Origin: Hamiltosporidium tvaerminnensis FI-OER-3-3
Lineage: Eukaryota; Fungi; Microsporidia
NCBI GenBank assembly: GCA_022605425.2
Contig: JAKIMF020000001.1
Location: 124,001-188,000 of the forward strand
Direction: 5' to 3'
DNA: 64,000 nucleotides
Shown: piece after piece, positions 15,001 to 30,000 of the stretch
How positions within the stretch are numbered: position 1 is the stretch's first letter
Layout of the letters: every line of letters begins with the position of its first letter
The notes under the pieces: generated by a model
Seen by the model: the letters and a program-made list of their open reading frames with translations, nothing else
What the model was told of the DNA's origin: nothing
Databases searched by the model: none
Position numbers and translations under genes: made by a program

Positions 15001-18000
15001 TTTGTGATTGAGATTTAATAAAATATAACCACTTTTACATAGAATAACTGTGATTGTTGAATATCGAACAAAATCTAATCTACTAAGTAGCGAAATTATC
15101 GTTTCACTTGTCATTATTTTTTACTATTCTAGGTTAGCTTATGCAAATTATAAGACAATTAAAGAAATGTGAATTTTTTTAAATTTATTTTAAATTTGTT
15201 AAAAAATAACAAAAATAGATACAGACTCCAAAACTTAGTAAAAAAAATAAAATAATTTTGCTAAACAAAACAGATATTTCTTAAAACTATGCAAAATGAT
15301 ATACAATGATAACGAAGAATTATTTAAACAAATTTTCGAACATTCGAAGAGATAACTTTTTTCCTTTATTCAACACTACTATTTTATATTCATTTTAATG
15401 ATAAATATAATGCAATGTTCGATGCTAATATATAAATCGATCTAAAAAAGGAACGAAATTAAAAAAAAAAACAAATGGCTGGATTTAACGTTGGATTAAG
15501 TTTAATTTTCTTGTAACATGTAAGCATATCAAAAAAATGAAATTCAAGCGAAGGAAAAATTTTCTGAAATTCTGTCTGAAAAGGCTTTAACAAATCAAAA
15601 ATTTGCGAATGGCGATAATTTAAAAGAAAGTTATAATCCTAGAAAAATACTTCGGAGCAATTAGCTATAGAATAAGCATTTATAAGCATTTCTTTTATCA
15701 GGGACCGGCACATTGAAAAGGTTTTTACCAGCTGGTACTGTGTTTATGCAATTTTAATGTTGAAAGATCAGTATTGATTTATATTGTTTTGAAAAAGTTT
15801 TCTTCTATTGCTAATTAATGAAGTTTGAAATGATTGCAGCGTAGATATCTTACAAGTATTTTTGTTCTTTCTGACAACTCTAGATAAGTTTGCAGTTTTT
15901 AAAATTCGTTATAGTTTGCAAAAAATCATTTTTTAGAGTTTTTATTTTGCCGTACAAATGTGGATAGGTTTAAATGTGTTACTTAGGATTAAATCGTTAC
16001 AATTTATATAGAAATCTCTGCTTTAATTATTCGAACAAAATTTGCATTACCTAAATATATTAAGTGTTGTATCAAAGCTATATCAATAATGAATACTGAG
16101 CTTTTAATTTTTTTTCGCCGTGTTTGATTTGTAGTTAGAAAGCTAGAGTCGCTATGTTTATTGGATTTTAGTTATGCCTTTATCTTTATTTTTAGAATTT
16201 ATATACCAAAGTTATATATACATATATTCGTATTTATTCTCTTTATAATTTCATTTTTAAATATTGTTTGAATTTAGATATTTTATTTTTCTATATGATT
16301 AATGTTATAAACATGATCAACAAGCTAATATTTTGTACCATTAAAACAACTGGCATTTCTTTTTCATCTATATATGAAGTACCTCAAACGCGTTTGTCAA
16401 GTTTTACAATTTTTTTTTTCAGTTTGCTATTTATAGAAATAGGTATTTTAGAAAGCAGTTATTAAATATTTTTTTTTACAACGATTAACCCAAATAATCC
16501 AAAAAAACTAGAATACACGTTATATATAAGGATATGAACGATTTAATCATATTTTTCATCAGTTCGTCGAATAAAGATTTTAAATTTTCGAATTATCATA
16601 TATTAAAGATCTATGTATCTTTCTTTCAATTTTCCAGCAAATTTCAATCTATTTAAAACGTTAAAGTTTTATTGTACTTCTGCATAGTTTCTTATGTATA
16701 AAGGTTGATAGTGTAGAACAATGGAGTTACAAATTAAGATTATATATGTGTAATTTAAGTTTTTGGAATTTCAGTTAAAATTAAAAACATTAGCTAAATG
16801 TTTATATTTCTTCTTTGTTTTACTGTTAAATGCTAATTTGAGAATGTGTTTAATTGTCAAAAGAGAATAATATTTTGTAAATAAAAAACAATTAAATATT
16901 TACTAAATGTCATCTATGGCCATGAGATATTTATATATATCCTGTTCAAACAGATTGTGTAAGTTTGATAAATATTTTTCTCTACAATAAGATTTTTAGA
17001 CGGATTCTGCTACTCTACTCAACAGAAATCGAAATGTGAAAAAAAACGAACAAAAAATATTTACAATGATAGTGCTGAACCCTCAAAAAGAATTATATTA
17101 CCATCTTAAAATTAAACAGAAGCTTAGTAGAAAATTTATAATGAAGTGAAAGAAAAATTTCTTGGGTTTATAGGTAAGATATAATATTATAGTGCAAGCG
17201 TTCACAGTATTTATAAGATTGCAACACAAACCTTAAGATTCAAACATTTCAATCGTCATTTTCTGATAGGCTGACGAACGATTAAATCTAAAAGGCTTAA
17301 AAAAATGAAAAATGCTTTGCGGAAACACTTCGTGTGAAATAATGCAAAAAAAACCAAAAGTATCGCAAAAGAGACATGTCAAATGTATTAAAATCATTCT
17401 AAAAGCAATAAGGTAGCTATAGTATCCCAAGATTTATATTTAAGCGCATATTTTCACCTAGAAAAAAAAATTACAAGTGTTAGAAACTGCATACTAGTGT
17501 ATTTACGGTTGTCGTTCTAGCGAAATGTATTTTTTTTAACATTCTCTAGAATCCGCGTAAAAATTTAAAAGTATGCTCCATTAACCATTACAACATGATT
17601 ATTGAATTTCCTGAAGGTTTTTTGTTAGATAATCATAGAATTTTTTCTTTCAATGTCCTCTTGTTTATACGGATCCTATTCTTTACATTCGAAGCCTAGC
17701 GTAAAAGTTTCGAACTTAAGATATGAAAGAGCGAAAGAATACTTTAAAGATTGAAAGGATGCTTATTAGCGTTAATTAAAAATCTCAATGATAAATTAGA
17801 CATAAACAAATAATTTTAGCATTACACATAATACTTAGAGTGTGTGAAAATATACGCATTAGAAATAATTTAAAATATTACTTTAATAGACTGTTGAATT
17901 GTAATAAATACATGGTTTTATAAACAAATGTATAATTGTACTTGCCTTATCACCTATACTCTTAATTCTAAATATATTTAGAACAAATCTAAATAAAAAT

Positions 18001-21000
18001 CTAATATAAAGTCGGCTCAAACAAATCTCACTAAGCCTTACTAGATTTTTTTAAGATATTATACAGCCGTTGCCATTTATAAGCTCCAGGTAGAACATTA
18101 AAATATCTTAGTAATTTTTAAATTATAATCTATTATATTTTTGTTGTTTTATTTCATAATATTTAGATATACGATTTACCTTTATATTAGGCTTTTTTTT
18201 GAGGCATTGTTTTTGAGTATTTCTCTTGTTATATAGTTCCTTATCGCTTTGCTGCAATCCTTAAATTTAATTTAGGAATATATTTTTTAAATAGCATTTA
18301 CGTAACTTTAAATTGATAGATAAATAAAAATCATTTTAAAAATCGTCGAATATAGATATAATAAAAAGGGCGTGCATAGATTAGACTATATAAGAATATT
18401 TACAAACAATAGTATGTAGCCTAAGTAAAAGAGTATATTGTATTAGTTATTAACTCGAAACATATTATTATTTAGTTAATATTTAAAATAAGTCTTTGAC
18501 TAATATACTTCGCTTCCAATACAATCTATATAAAATTATAATAGGTTTTCTTCTATTATACATAAATGTTTGCGAGCGACTTTTATCATGCAAATTTGAT
18601 TTAAAACTACTTTAAAAATATGTAAAAAGTTATATTTCAAATTCTTTCATAGAAACTGTATATCGCATTATGAAAGAACAGCTTATCAATATTATTCTAA
18701 ATTGTAATTCAAACCTCTGTTAGAAGTAAAATAATTAAAGAATATAATGGAAGTTTCAGATGTTTACGCTTCTTTTAATAAAGCTTTTTATTCTTTTCCT
18801 AGAAAATATCTAAATAGCCCTTTATAAAGATTGATAACATAAGATTTATTTGTGTTTGCACTTTGGTCGTGAGAATCTTAAATATTAAGCTTGTAAAAAA
18901 ATTGCATTAACTCAAATATCAATAATATATTGGAAAGGCTATTATTTTAAACAAACAGGCACAAATTTAAACGAGGAAAACACCATAAATTTGTTACTCG
19001 TTTATTACTTTCCTATATTTCAAAAATTAATGAATTTATTTAAAAAGAAATAGAAGATACATTAGCAAAATTTACAAATATTGGCAAAATAGAGCAAAAG
19101 TTAAAGTACCGATATTTACAGATTTAAATTTTTTTAGAAAAATGGTTCTCATTATAAAGTACACGTAAAGGCTTTTTTTGTTTTTGCTAACCGAATTTAT
19201 TGATTCTTCGGCGAAATATTTGCAATACGTTTATATACTATTTTTTTAGTTCTTGATTTATTTGTTTTATAATTATCTATTTTATATATTGTAATTATTG
19301 GTAAAATAAAAAAGTAAGTCATGTTTTATTCCTAGAAATCAATTTAATTTATATAATAATGAGAGAAGAGTAAGTCCAAAACAGATATAAAATCTGAATA
19401 AAATTAAAATTTATTTAAAATGGAGATTATAGTAATCTAAAAAAATGCATAATAAATTTTGATATTAAATTTATGAAATGTAGGGATACCTTTGTTTGTT
19501 GTTTATCTTAAACGGTTTATTGCAATGTTTTGTAATAGTCGATATAAATTTAATCTTGAGCGGTTACATCAATAATCATAGAGAAAGGTTTAAAATTACA
19601 CAAACTCTGTTCAAATACACTTGTAAGAAAATTTTATGATCTGCTACTGGTTTGGTAAAGAAAATGTTCTTTGGTGAATAACCCTAGAAATCTTCTTTTA
19701 GGATTCTTTAATTCGTTACTGAAAAATGTTCATGAAATCAAACAATATTTAAATTTTATGGTTGTTGAATCTTTTAAATTAGCAAAGTTTAGTGTCTAAA
19801 AAATTTAAAAATGCAAATTTTGAGAAATCAGATTAAAATGTTGATACGAATTATTTATGCCCATAGATATAGAAATGTGGCGTTTATAAGGTTTCACAAA
19901 TGTAAATATTATTTTAATTGTTACATAAATTTCCTTGTCACCGTCGCACAATATTTTTTCTGCATTTCCTTTGTCATAAAATTTGTTACCGTGAAATCTT
20001 TTTTTTGCATAATAAACATAAATGAACTATAACTGAAAAGTCTATGTACTATAAATGATCAAAGGTGGCGAAAATTTTGATTCAATATTGAAAGATGGGT
20101 ATTATAAAACCATCGGTTTTGCAGGATAAGATTGTTTCGAATAATTTTTGCATTTACATGTTAATTTACGAAATAGAGCACATTTACATTCATTTTTGAC
20201 TTATAGGAATGAGCACAGCATGTAAGATCTTAAAAAGGTAAACACTTTCTGCAAAACAATTTTGCTGTTTCTAATGGAACTATTTTCAACGAAGATGAAA
20301 CCTAAGTTAGTGAGTATGTATAGTATGTAACTTTGTGTTGCAAATCTCACTTAAAGACATGGTGTCTAAAATAAAACATCTTATTAAATGCGAGAATGCC
20401 TTAGTTTCAAATATTTCCTGTCGGTGTTGCATAAGGCAAATAGCAAAACTTATGAAGACTGTCGAGCTATTTCTTTCCAAATAATTATTCTTCTTTATTA
20501 GCAGACGACTACATAGGCATTCTCTTGTCTTAAAGTACCTGAATATAGTATTGCATAAATCCACATCGAGAAATCGACATTAACGTTCTCCGCGTTACCT
20601 CTTTTTTTATTAAACGGTAGTATATACCGACTATATGAAAGCCTTGTATTTGGTGCTCTACGTAATACAAATTAAGTTTTATGAAATATCTATATATGTA
20701 AAACATAGAAAGCTGTACAATTATGGAAACATTATAGTACTTTCTCTTTTTTTATAAATGGTATATCATTTAAATATAGCATTTATGATGCAATAATGGC
20801 TGTATGTATAGAGTTTAAGTATAAATATTCTGAGCCAAATTGTTATAATTGTATCTTTGATAGATAAGATTCAATTAAAGTCATATATTTATAAAATTCT
20901 TTAGTAGTCATTCAATTTTAAATCGAGCATAATATTTCTTATTTTGTTATTTTTTATATCTGAAATCGAAATATAAATGATTTTAGGAAACGACTTTTCA

Positions 21001-24000
21001 TTCGATAGATGATAAGAAATCATTTTTTATTTATTTATTAGTATTAATCAATTTTCAAAAAATCTGCTTTATTTAATGCAATAAATCTATTCCGTAATTT
21101 TGAAAATCTAATATCTCTGGCAATTAGAAAGATTTCTAATGTATTAATTATCTCGAACCTTTCTAAAAAAATTATTCACTTGATAAACTTCTTATGAAGC
21201 GAGTTTGAAGCAAAATATTTTGATATATTTCAAAAATATATTATGTTATTCGTGTAGATACAAGCTGGTTTCATAAGATTAGAACAAAAATATAGTTTCG
21301 CGCTAAATTTTTATTTGCAAATGTAATTCTATATTGACATCATTCATAGTAAGAAATTATTTTTAAAAGAATTTTATATTCCCTAAATGTTTGAATAGGC
21401 AACTTACATCTAGGATAAAATTTTTATGAAATTCTATTCCATAAAATAGATCTAATTATCTAAATATCGAAAAAATAAACATTCCAAGTAATGGCGCAAT
21501 TTCACTTGCACTAAATTTTCTTTCTTTTAAATATTCAAATGCTCTTAAAATTTCAATTGACTTTAATTTTAATAGATCTATTAGCTAAGCCATTAATTAT
21601 TTTGCAAATAAGTTCAAGTGAAAATCCTTTTGATAGTTCTTATTTTATTTTCTTACCTAACTGATTGAGTTTGGATTGCATAAGTTTATGGTTTGGTGGT
21701 CTATCTCATTGTGAATTTAGATTTATATCTTTTCATTTTTTTAAATATATATAAAAATTTCTTAAAATTAAGATACAAAAAGATGTTAAATATCTCTAAA
21801 TTTAATAGAGATTTTAAAACCTGTGAAAAGATCACCCTGCAATTCGAAAATCTTATTAACAATAAAATATTTGCCTTTTCCCCTGCTTTATTCTGGTTTT
21901 TACGATTCTATTTTCTTTCAAATTGTGAATTTCGATAAGGAATATATGCAAGAATTACTATAAACAAATTAATTGACGAAAATAGAAATTCGTTCTTGTT
22001 TATAACATAAGTTTGTTTTAGATGATACACTTATTTTCCCGAAATATATATTAAGTTAAATATAATTTAAATGATGTATTAACCGCTTTCTAAATCGCGA
22101 AATCTATTATTTCTATGCATAAAGTCGTTTCAGAAGAATATTTTTCAAGAAATCAATTTTTTTCGGATCCCAATCGATCTAAAATTTATATATACCTTTG
22201 TCAACTTTTTGCGTGTGAATTTATGATAGTTGCTTGCTTTCCATTTATGTCTAATAAGCAAATGGCAATACACCGAAATTCAACAAATAGTGACAGATCT
22301 ATTTATTAGATAAAATTTTAACATAAAATACAGCGAATTGTTATCAGAATATACCTTTATTAGATAATTATAATGTATTGAGCAGAAGCTTTAAAATTGA
22401 GGATGATATTTTAAAACAGCGATCTTTCAAAATATATTCACACTGAATTTATTTTGGAAATCTTTAATATTTAACTTGCAAATAGCATATTCAGCTAAAA
22501 CATACGGTATGCTAAAAATTTCCAGTGATATTTTTGAAAAATAATATTCGTATGTTAGCTTGGCGATTTTAAGCAATATTTATTTTAAGTATGTGTCTTT
22601 TATTGATTTCAGGGCATTTTATCTCTACATTTTTACTGATTTACTATTTAAAGGTGTTTCTAAATGCTTATATGAATAAGCTCGTTTATTAAAATTTTTT
22701 GAAGTTCATTCATATCTAGAAAATGTCTCGTGAGTAGCATTTCTTAATATTTATTAAAATAGCATTTTACTTTTATGATGAAAAAGAATTTAGAGAAACT
22801 TTGATAGAGCTCAATGTTTGAAAGAGAAAAAATAATCAAGGCGATTTTACTATTTAAAGAAAATTTTAAAATAAAATTTAGTTTCTATTATTTTCAAAAA
22901 GTATGCGACACGTTTGTTTTTCTATATTGAAATTTTGTAATTAGCATGAATTATGTGTAAAACAACTTATTTGTAATGAGTAATATAGAACAAATTTTAT
23001 AAAAGGAAAAACTTATTCATAGTCAGATAAGTTTTAGGAAATATAAAAAATGATTAATATCTTAAATATGTTAAAATTAAAATTGGATTCAGTGGTTTAT
23101 ATTTGCGGTTGATTTATAATTTACTTTATATATGAGGCAATACATATCATGATTTTATAGTCAGAGACAAAACTTATATACTCATAACCGCATATTTAGT
23201 TATAGGTCAAAAAATGATAGCTGCTTTTTTATCATGCCATCAGTATCACCTATGATACTAAAATAAGCTTTTTATCTAAAAAAAGTTAGGAACTTGTAAG
23301 CCGAAAAGCTTTTTAACTGAAACTAATTCAGTATCTTGGTTTTAGATTGCTGGTCGATTCATTTCTGGGCTTAGAAAAACCCTCGGAAACTTCCTTTACT
23401 CTTCTCATTCCGAATCTCATAAACTCTTATTCAAGAATTATCTGCGACTTAACACATAGTGGTATTGGCATTGTAATGTTATGCCTACGGATTGACCATC
23501 TTGTAATTGGCTGATTTTTTAACGAGTGTTTTCTGATATAACAGTCTAAAAAAGCGTCGAAATTGCAGTGAAAAGCTTTTTTCTTTGTTTTCATATGGCT
23601 TTTCTCACTATTCAGATTCAATGGCTAATAAAATAGCACAAAAATTCAACAAATGGCTTCTTGAAAAGCATTTCTTTTCTATTGAAGTTCTCTTCCTTAT
23701 ATGAATCCAACAGAAACCCGAAAATGTGGTTTGTGCATCTTATTGATATCAAAACATTGTTTACACAGCAATGTTACATTTTAATCGTAAAAGAGAAATT
23801 TTTAAGGTACTAATCATCTTCTACAATCAGTTAAAAAAAATGCCATAAAATAAAATGTTCCAAATCTATAAAATATAAAGCAACTATAACAAACGTTCTT
23901 TTAACTAAGAATAAAATATATGTCTAGTATTTATTGTTGAAACACCGGTTTTTTTATCACGCTATTACGGTTTTATTGTAGGAAAATATGCGTAATAAAT

Positions 24001-27000
24001 CAGAAGTTTTAAGAATATTGATATTAATTCCAAATATAACCATTTGGAAACAAATCATGCAATTCAAAAATCTTGTCTAGAAAAACCAGGGATTTTTATA
24101 TTTTTCTAATGTTTCTTCAGAGTGTATGGCGATCTTAAATTATCAAAGTTGAGGAATTTTTAAAGTCTGTTTAAAAATGCGTAATAAACTTCGATTCTAA
24201 ACAGTATACAAATTTTAGTTGAAAATACTTTTCTGCTACAGAAAATAATTTTAAAATATAATAGAAAATTACATTATCTGGTTATTTCATCGTAAATATA
24301 TTTTAAAATATTATTAACGTAAAAACTTAAGACTTTCGAAAATTATAGGATTGATATAACTATAAAATACATTAAAAGAATTTCATTTCCTATAGAATAA
24401 GGTATTGGCATTTATAAAATAAAAAATCTAAGAGAATAACCAATCGAATTGAAAAATTTAATTTATCAAGCTTTGGATTCGGGTTTCTAAATTTAATTCA
24501 ATATTCAAATTTAAACGAACTTTTACGAATTGTCTTATAGAAAAGAAATTGAGCAGTTTAATTTATTTAAATCAATATAGACTGGTAAGATGGTGCAATC
24601 ACAAAAGGTATTAGGAAACCGTCGTTTCTGCCTATAAAATTTATTTTTTTATGCAAAATTTTATAGTTAAAAACAATTCATTGCTTTTTTAATTTTCTTT
24701 TGACTTAGAAAAGATCATCGAACAAGTTAGAATCGAAATTTTTTTATAAAAGTTATTTCTTATAACTTGAATACATTCAAATACTTACTCCTCCCATTTT
24801 TGGAGAGACTGCTTTGTTTATAAAAATTTATAGTTTTATTGCCTAAAAAACGAAAGAACGTTCATATAATTTTCTAAATCATTTCTTTTACGAACAACCT
24901 GCGAATAGTCAAATTGCAATAGCTTAATTTTTACACATCAATGCAAAATAATAAAAATTTTTTTGACTTATAAATAAAATGAGGTATATGTTTTTGTGGG
25001 CTTTATAAATATGATTGTTATCATAATAGAAAATTTGTTTGAAAATGGTAAGTTAACAATTAAAATCGATACGCAATCTAGAACATACATTTGTAACGCA
25101 AGTCGGCTAACTTAATATTGTTATGAATAATTAAGTTTAAAATAGTCTAATTTATCTAGAAGAAATTCCGAAACAGCAATAGAAAAGTTTTTTACGATCT
25201 GGTTCAAAAGCGAATAAGCAAGGCTAGTAAAACTAGAGAATAATGTTACATTTGTTTAAAATTATATTGAATATAAAGTTGTACGGTTTTTTTAATAAGC
25301 ATCGCATAGAATTATAAATTAAATAAAATATAAAGAACAAATTGGCCAAAAAATCCATAAGAATAAATCACAATAAATAATTTTTTATAGAATTACTAAA
25401 AATTATGCTCTGAACAGATATATTTTTTAGTCATACTATCTCCATTTTTCAGTTTTAAAAATACGTCTCGGATCTTACTCTGATGAAATCAATCCGCAAA
25501 TTAAGTAAGTTTATTTCTGATCCTTTTTTAAACATTTTTATACTTGAAAACCAATAGTTTATAAAGCTGTATGTGATTTTTCTTGATCTTGATTTTTTTT
25601 TAAATTTAGAAGTTCTAAGTATATATAATATGTTATTGTATATATTAAGAACATATCGGCGAATACGAAACTTTAAAATCCAAAAATATTATTTTTCTGA
25701 TATATTTTACATATTTGAATTTATTCTGTTGTATTATATCTTTGTTAGTAGGTATTTTAGTTATTTCCGCAGACTAAGATAATGCAATGTATTTAAGATC
25801 CTAATAGTAAATATTAAAGCACTTTAAAGATTATACATTCTTATAAATTGTTTGTATAGTTAAAAATTGATTGTAATTGTATTAGTTAGCTCGTTGTTTA
25901 GATTGCGAAAAGGAGAAAAAGTTTAATTGAATTTGTAGATCAAAGCATTTCGATTTATTTAGAAACAAATACTGATTAAAGAACAAGTTCGGCATTCTGA
26001 GTCATACCTTACAATGAAAATATGCATTTAATGTTATCTTTAAAATACGTTTCTATTTTTTCTATACTGCGTAAGAATAAGATAATAAGGCTTTTCGTTA
26101 TTTTTGGCGAAGTATTATATTTGATTTTAATAACAAGTCAAAATGTATTTAAATATAAGAATCCAGCGGAATGGGATTAAAAATGAGCTCGTTACTTTAA
26201 ATCTAGAATTGGACTTTTAAAAATTCATTTAGGTTCTATATTTTATCCTTAAAGATATGTTTGATATACTACAAAGATACCTGATTATCTCGGAGAAAGC
26301 GCAAAAACGAGAAAGGAAAAAATATTATAATCTATATACTTATTAAATATCATAGCCTACATGCTACGCAATTGTCTGATAGAAATATTTTGTGACTTGA
26401 TCTTGTATTGGCCTTATAGGCAAATATTTTTATTACATTTAAAGTCTATGGTTAAAGATTCTATCGAATTTATGGAAAAATATTAATCTCATCATTTTTG
26501 AAAATTTTGAAGTGGAATTCAAATTTAAGGAAAATGAATCTTTATAATTTCTATTTGGTTTATGTATACTTTGAAAACAAACATTCTAAACAATAATATC
26601 TTCAATCTTAATAAATAAATAAAAGCAAGATTTTTAATCTTAACGCCTTAAATAATGCGCTCTATATATATGTAATGAGGTACATTAATCAAATGAACAT
26701 CAAACGTGAAACATTATGCTTGTATAACAGCGTTTGTTTAAGTATTTTCCAAAGTTGTGATGTCTATATAGCTTTGATGGTTAATCTTTGATTTTATGAT
26801 AAATGAATACTTTTGCTTTTTCTGCATGTGAATGTTAAATTTTGATATCATATTTATTATAACTCGAATATGATACAGTTTAGAATATGCACTTCGAATT
26901 TGATTTACTTATTGTGTAGGCAAACTTTACTATAGATGCCTAAAAATGTCACTTTGAAGACAAAAGTCTGGAGAAGCATTTCCTTTGTATTGCAAATACA

Positions 27001-30000
27001 AATTGTCTTGGTTGTAGAAAGACTAAGACGATCAGTATATTGCAAGATAGATATTAGTTAAAGAAAAAAGAAATATGTTTAAAAAATCATTTGACTTAAA
27101 CTTGCTTTAAACACCTATAAATTGTGTTGAAAAAACGAGAGTCGATCTATATATAAAAATTATTATATTTTTTATGATTTATGAAAATTTTAATGGCGCA
27201 TTATTCAGACGAATGCAGAATTTTTCAAACCTGAATAGGAACCGTGTCTGTTCGAATGTATATGAAAATTCTCAGGCATTTTTTACAATGATAGCTCAAC
27301 TATTCATTTTTTTATAAAGTATATTAAAAGAATTTCAAATAATTAGAATATATATAATATTCATAGTAATATATTAAGATCAGTATTATGTTTTATTTTG
27401 CTAAAATGATCGTGTTTTTAAAGCCAAAAGCTATTTTAAGTTGTATTTGAATTAAATAAAATGCATAAGCAGTATATCACATTGAAATATTATTCTCAAA
27501 AAAATATGATTTCATTTTTAGCTTAGGTTTGTGCAAATAAGAATGAGAAAATTTTTTAAGAAAATATATTTTAGCTTTTTTTTACTTCTTTAGTATCAAA
27601 ACATTATTAAATCTAATAATGACAAATTTAATTTAAAAGTAAAATATATTTTGTAATTTTTAAATTTATAAAACTAGAGTTGATGCGCTTATCATGTATT
27701 TTTTATTGGTCACTGTTTAATACATTCACAATAAAAAAAACGTATTGGGTATAATTTTTTCTAACAGTGTAGCGTATGTGAAACCATGGCTTTATATAAT
27801 AGACATTCATATCTCGATTGCAAAACATAATACGAATATGTGTAAATATAATTCAAGAATATTTCACCATATATATAATGTCTTTTTTCTTTTGACTTTT
27901 TAGATATAGAACATAGCTTCGAGCCTGTTTCGGCAGAATGAATCAAATTTTTATTGGTAAAGATGAATACTCGTCGACTGGTTTTAGTTTACTATTTGCT
28001 TTTGCTGTCGTATTTAGGCCAGTATACAATGATATACGAAATAATGTTGAAATTATCGTCGTATTTTTTTAGATCTTATCAAGAAAAGGCCATAATCGTT
28101 TCTTAAATATTTTTTTCGATTATCCTTTACGTTTCCTATATATAACTTTTTTATTTTATTTTCTTTTGATCAGTGGTATATTTTGACTTGTAGTAAAAAC
28201 TTTTGTCTTTTTCGTTGCAAATTTTGGACTTTTTGCCTTTAATATTTACAGTTCAATCTCAGTTACACAAAATCGATAACTAAAAAAAATTTGCCAAGAA
28301 AAACAGCTAAGTCCAAGCTCAGTGAAACATTTTAAAAATACATCGTCATTATGCCCTAAGAATTAAGGCAAATTTGCTTGAATTTTCTTAAGCGAATTTT
28401 TTTGATGTATCAGAAATATATATTTTATTTTGTTTAAGCTACCAGCGAAAAATCGTTTTAATCATCTGCTTTAAAATCCTTATTCTCAACTATGAAATAT
28501 GATATAATTTTAGCATGTATACTATATTTTAAACCATTTGATACCCAATTTGAATGGATTTTACTGATTTCGTTAACAATAATATATGTGCCAAATAGTC
28601 TAGCGGTAAAGATATCAAGATTTACTTTTAGAGTGCTGGCTCGTTCTTCGGTTGCTGCACTTTTTATCTTTCGTATAAGAAAGTTTGCGTTGGCTGACAA
28701 CAACCAATCCAAAGAATAATGTCTACAAAACTCTATAACCAGGCAAAGATATAATTCACGCATGATTTTGTTCCATCTGTAGAAAAATGACTGAGATAAA
28801 AAAATTTAAGTATAATTTGTTATTTTAGTCATCAATTTTAAGTTTAAACTGTGGTAATTAAAAGTAATTTTTATATTCACGAGATTATGCAGTATTAAAC
28901 TCTCAAAACAACAAATACAGACAATTATCAAACCACGAAAAATCCTAAAATGTTTGAGAACAGAAAAAATGAGATCACATAATGTCTAATGAATCCAAAC
29001 CACAACAGATAATATGTATATATTTTCTAGTGACAATTTTTAAGGCATATGATCCTAAATAAATAATATATCAAACTTTTTATTTAAAAATATATTGGTA
29101 TGAATTATATTTAGAAGTTTCATAGTTTCAATAAAACCTACAAATTTTAACTTCATTTGAGCAAGATTCTTTCTTACTTTGATTTAAAAATGTTTGCAAT
29201 GATTTCTAGGAATCTAGTTCAGCAAGTTAAAATTTTAATGATTTTGAATTAAGATTTCTCTTGTTTATAAATTGGTTATTTCTTTACTATATTTTACACT
29301 TTTATCAATATTTTGAAAATAAATTTTAAATTTTTAAGTAATACATTAAACATATTTTGATATTATAAATATTTTTTTACAAATTTTTTACTAATATTAA
29401 TATTTTTTTAGCGATGAATAAAAAGTGTATGTAACAAATTTTTAATCCGTTTTTCAAATATTAGTCATATCATTGATATTACACACCGAATGATTCTATA
29501 TTTGACAATTTTATGCTATAGATGCTTTCCTATAAGACTATATTAATTTAAGACTTATAATAAATACTAAATTTAATTAATAAGACTTATCAAATTTAAT
29601 TGAATATTTCTTTTCAACTTTGACTGCAACTTACAAATAAATATTAGAAATATGTGATGCATTTAAGTGTATACCTAATTTATAGATCAGTCTTAAATTT
29701 TGCAAAAATTTATGTCTGATTCTAATAACGAGATCTATACAGAATATAGTATATAATTTTTTTATTTGCTCGTAAGTATCAATAGTAGAAAGTTTCTATG
29801 TTTTCTAGAAAATTTTAAAATATTAAGGTTAAATTAAAAAACTAAATTTCGAGATTGATCTCGAAAAATATTTTATTTTATCGAAATACTTTCGAAAAAA
29901 TGCGTCAATATTAAAAAGTTACATATTTCTGGTCTTTCAATTACTTAAATAGATGCGTTAAGCAGCTAAAACTATATCGAGATGATTTGATTTCGCTTTT

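Noticed and set aside
15690-15712. Twister-like gccggtccc on the minus strand
   Set aside because: The rest of the twister consensus (AAGCCCGG, GAGGG, upstream UAAC) is missing.
20307-20680. Possible Rab-GAP TBC pseudogene (IQGFH..., FAICLMQHRQEI)
   Set aside because: The resemblance is too short and fragmentary to call without an HMM search.
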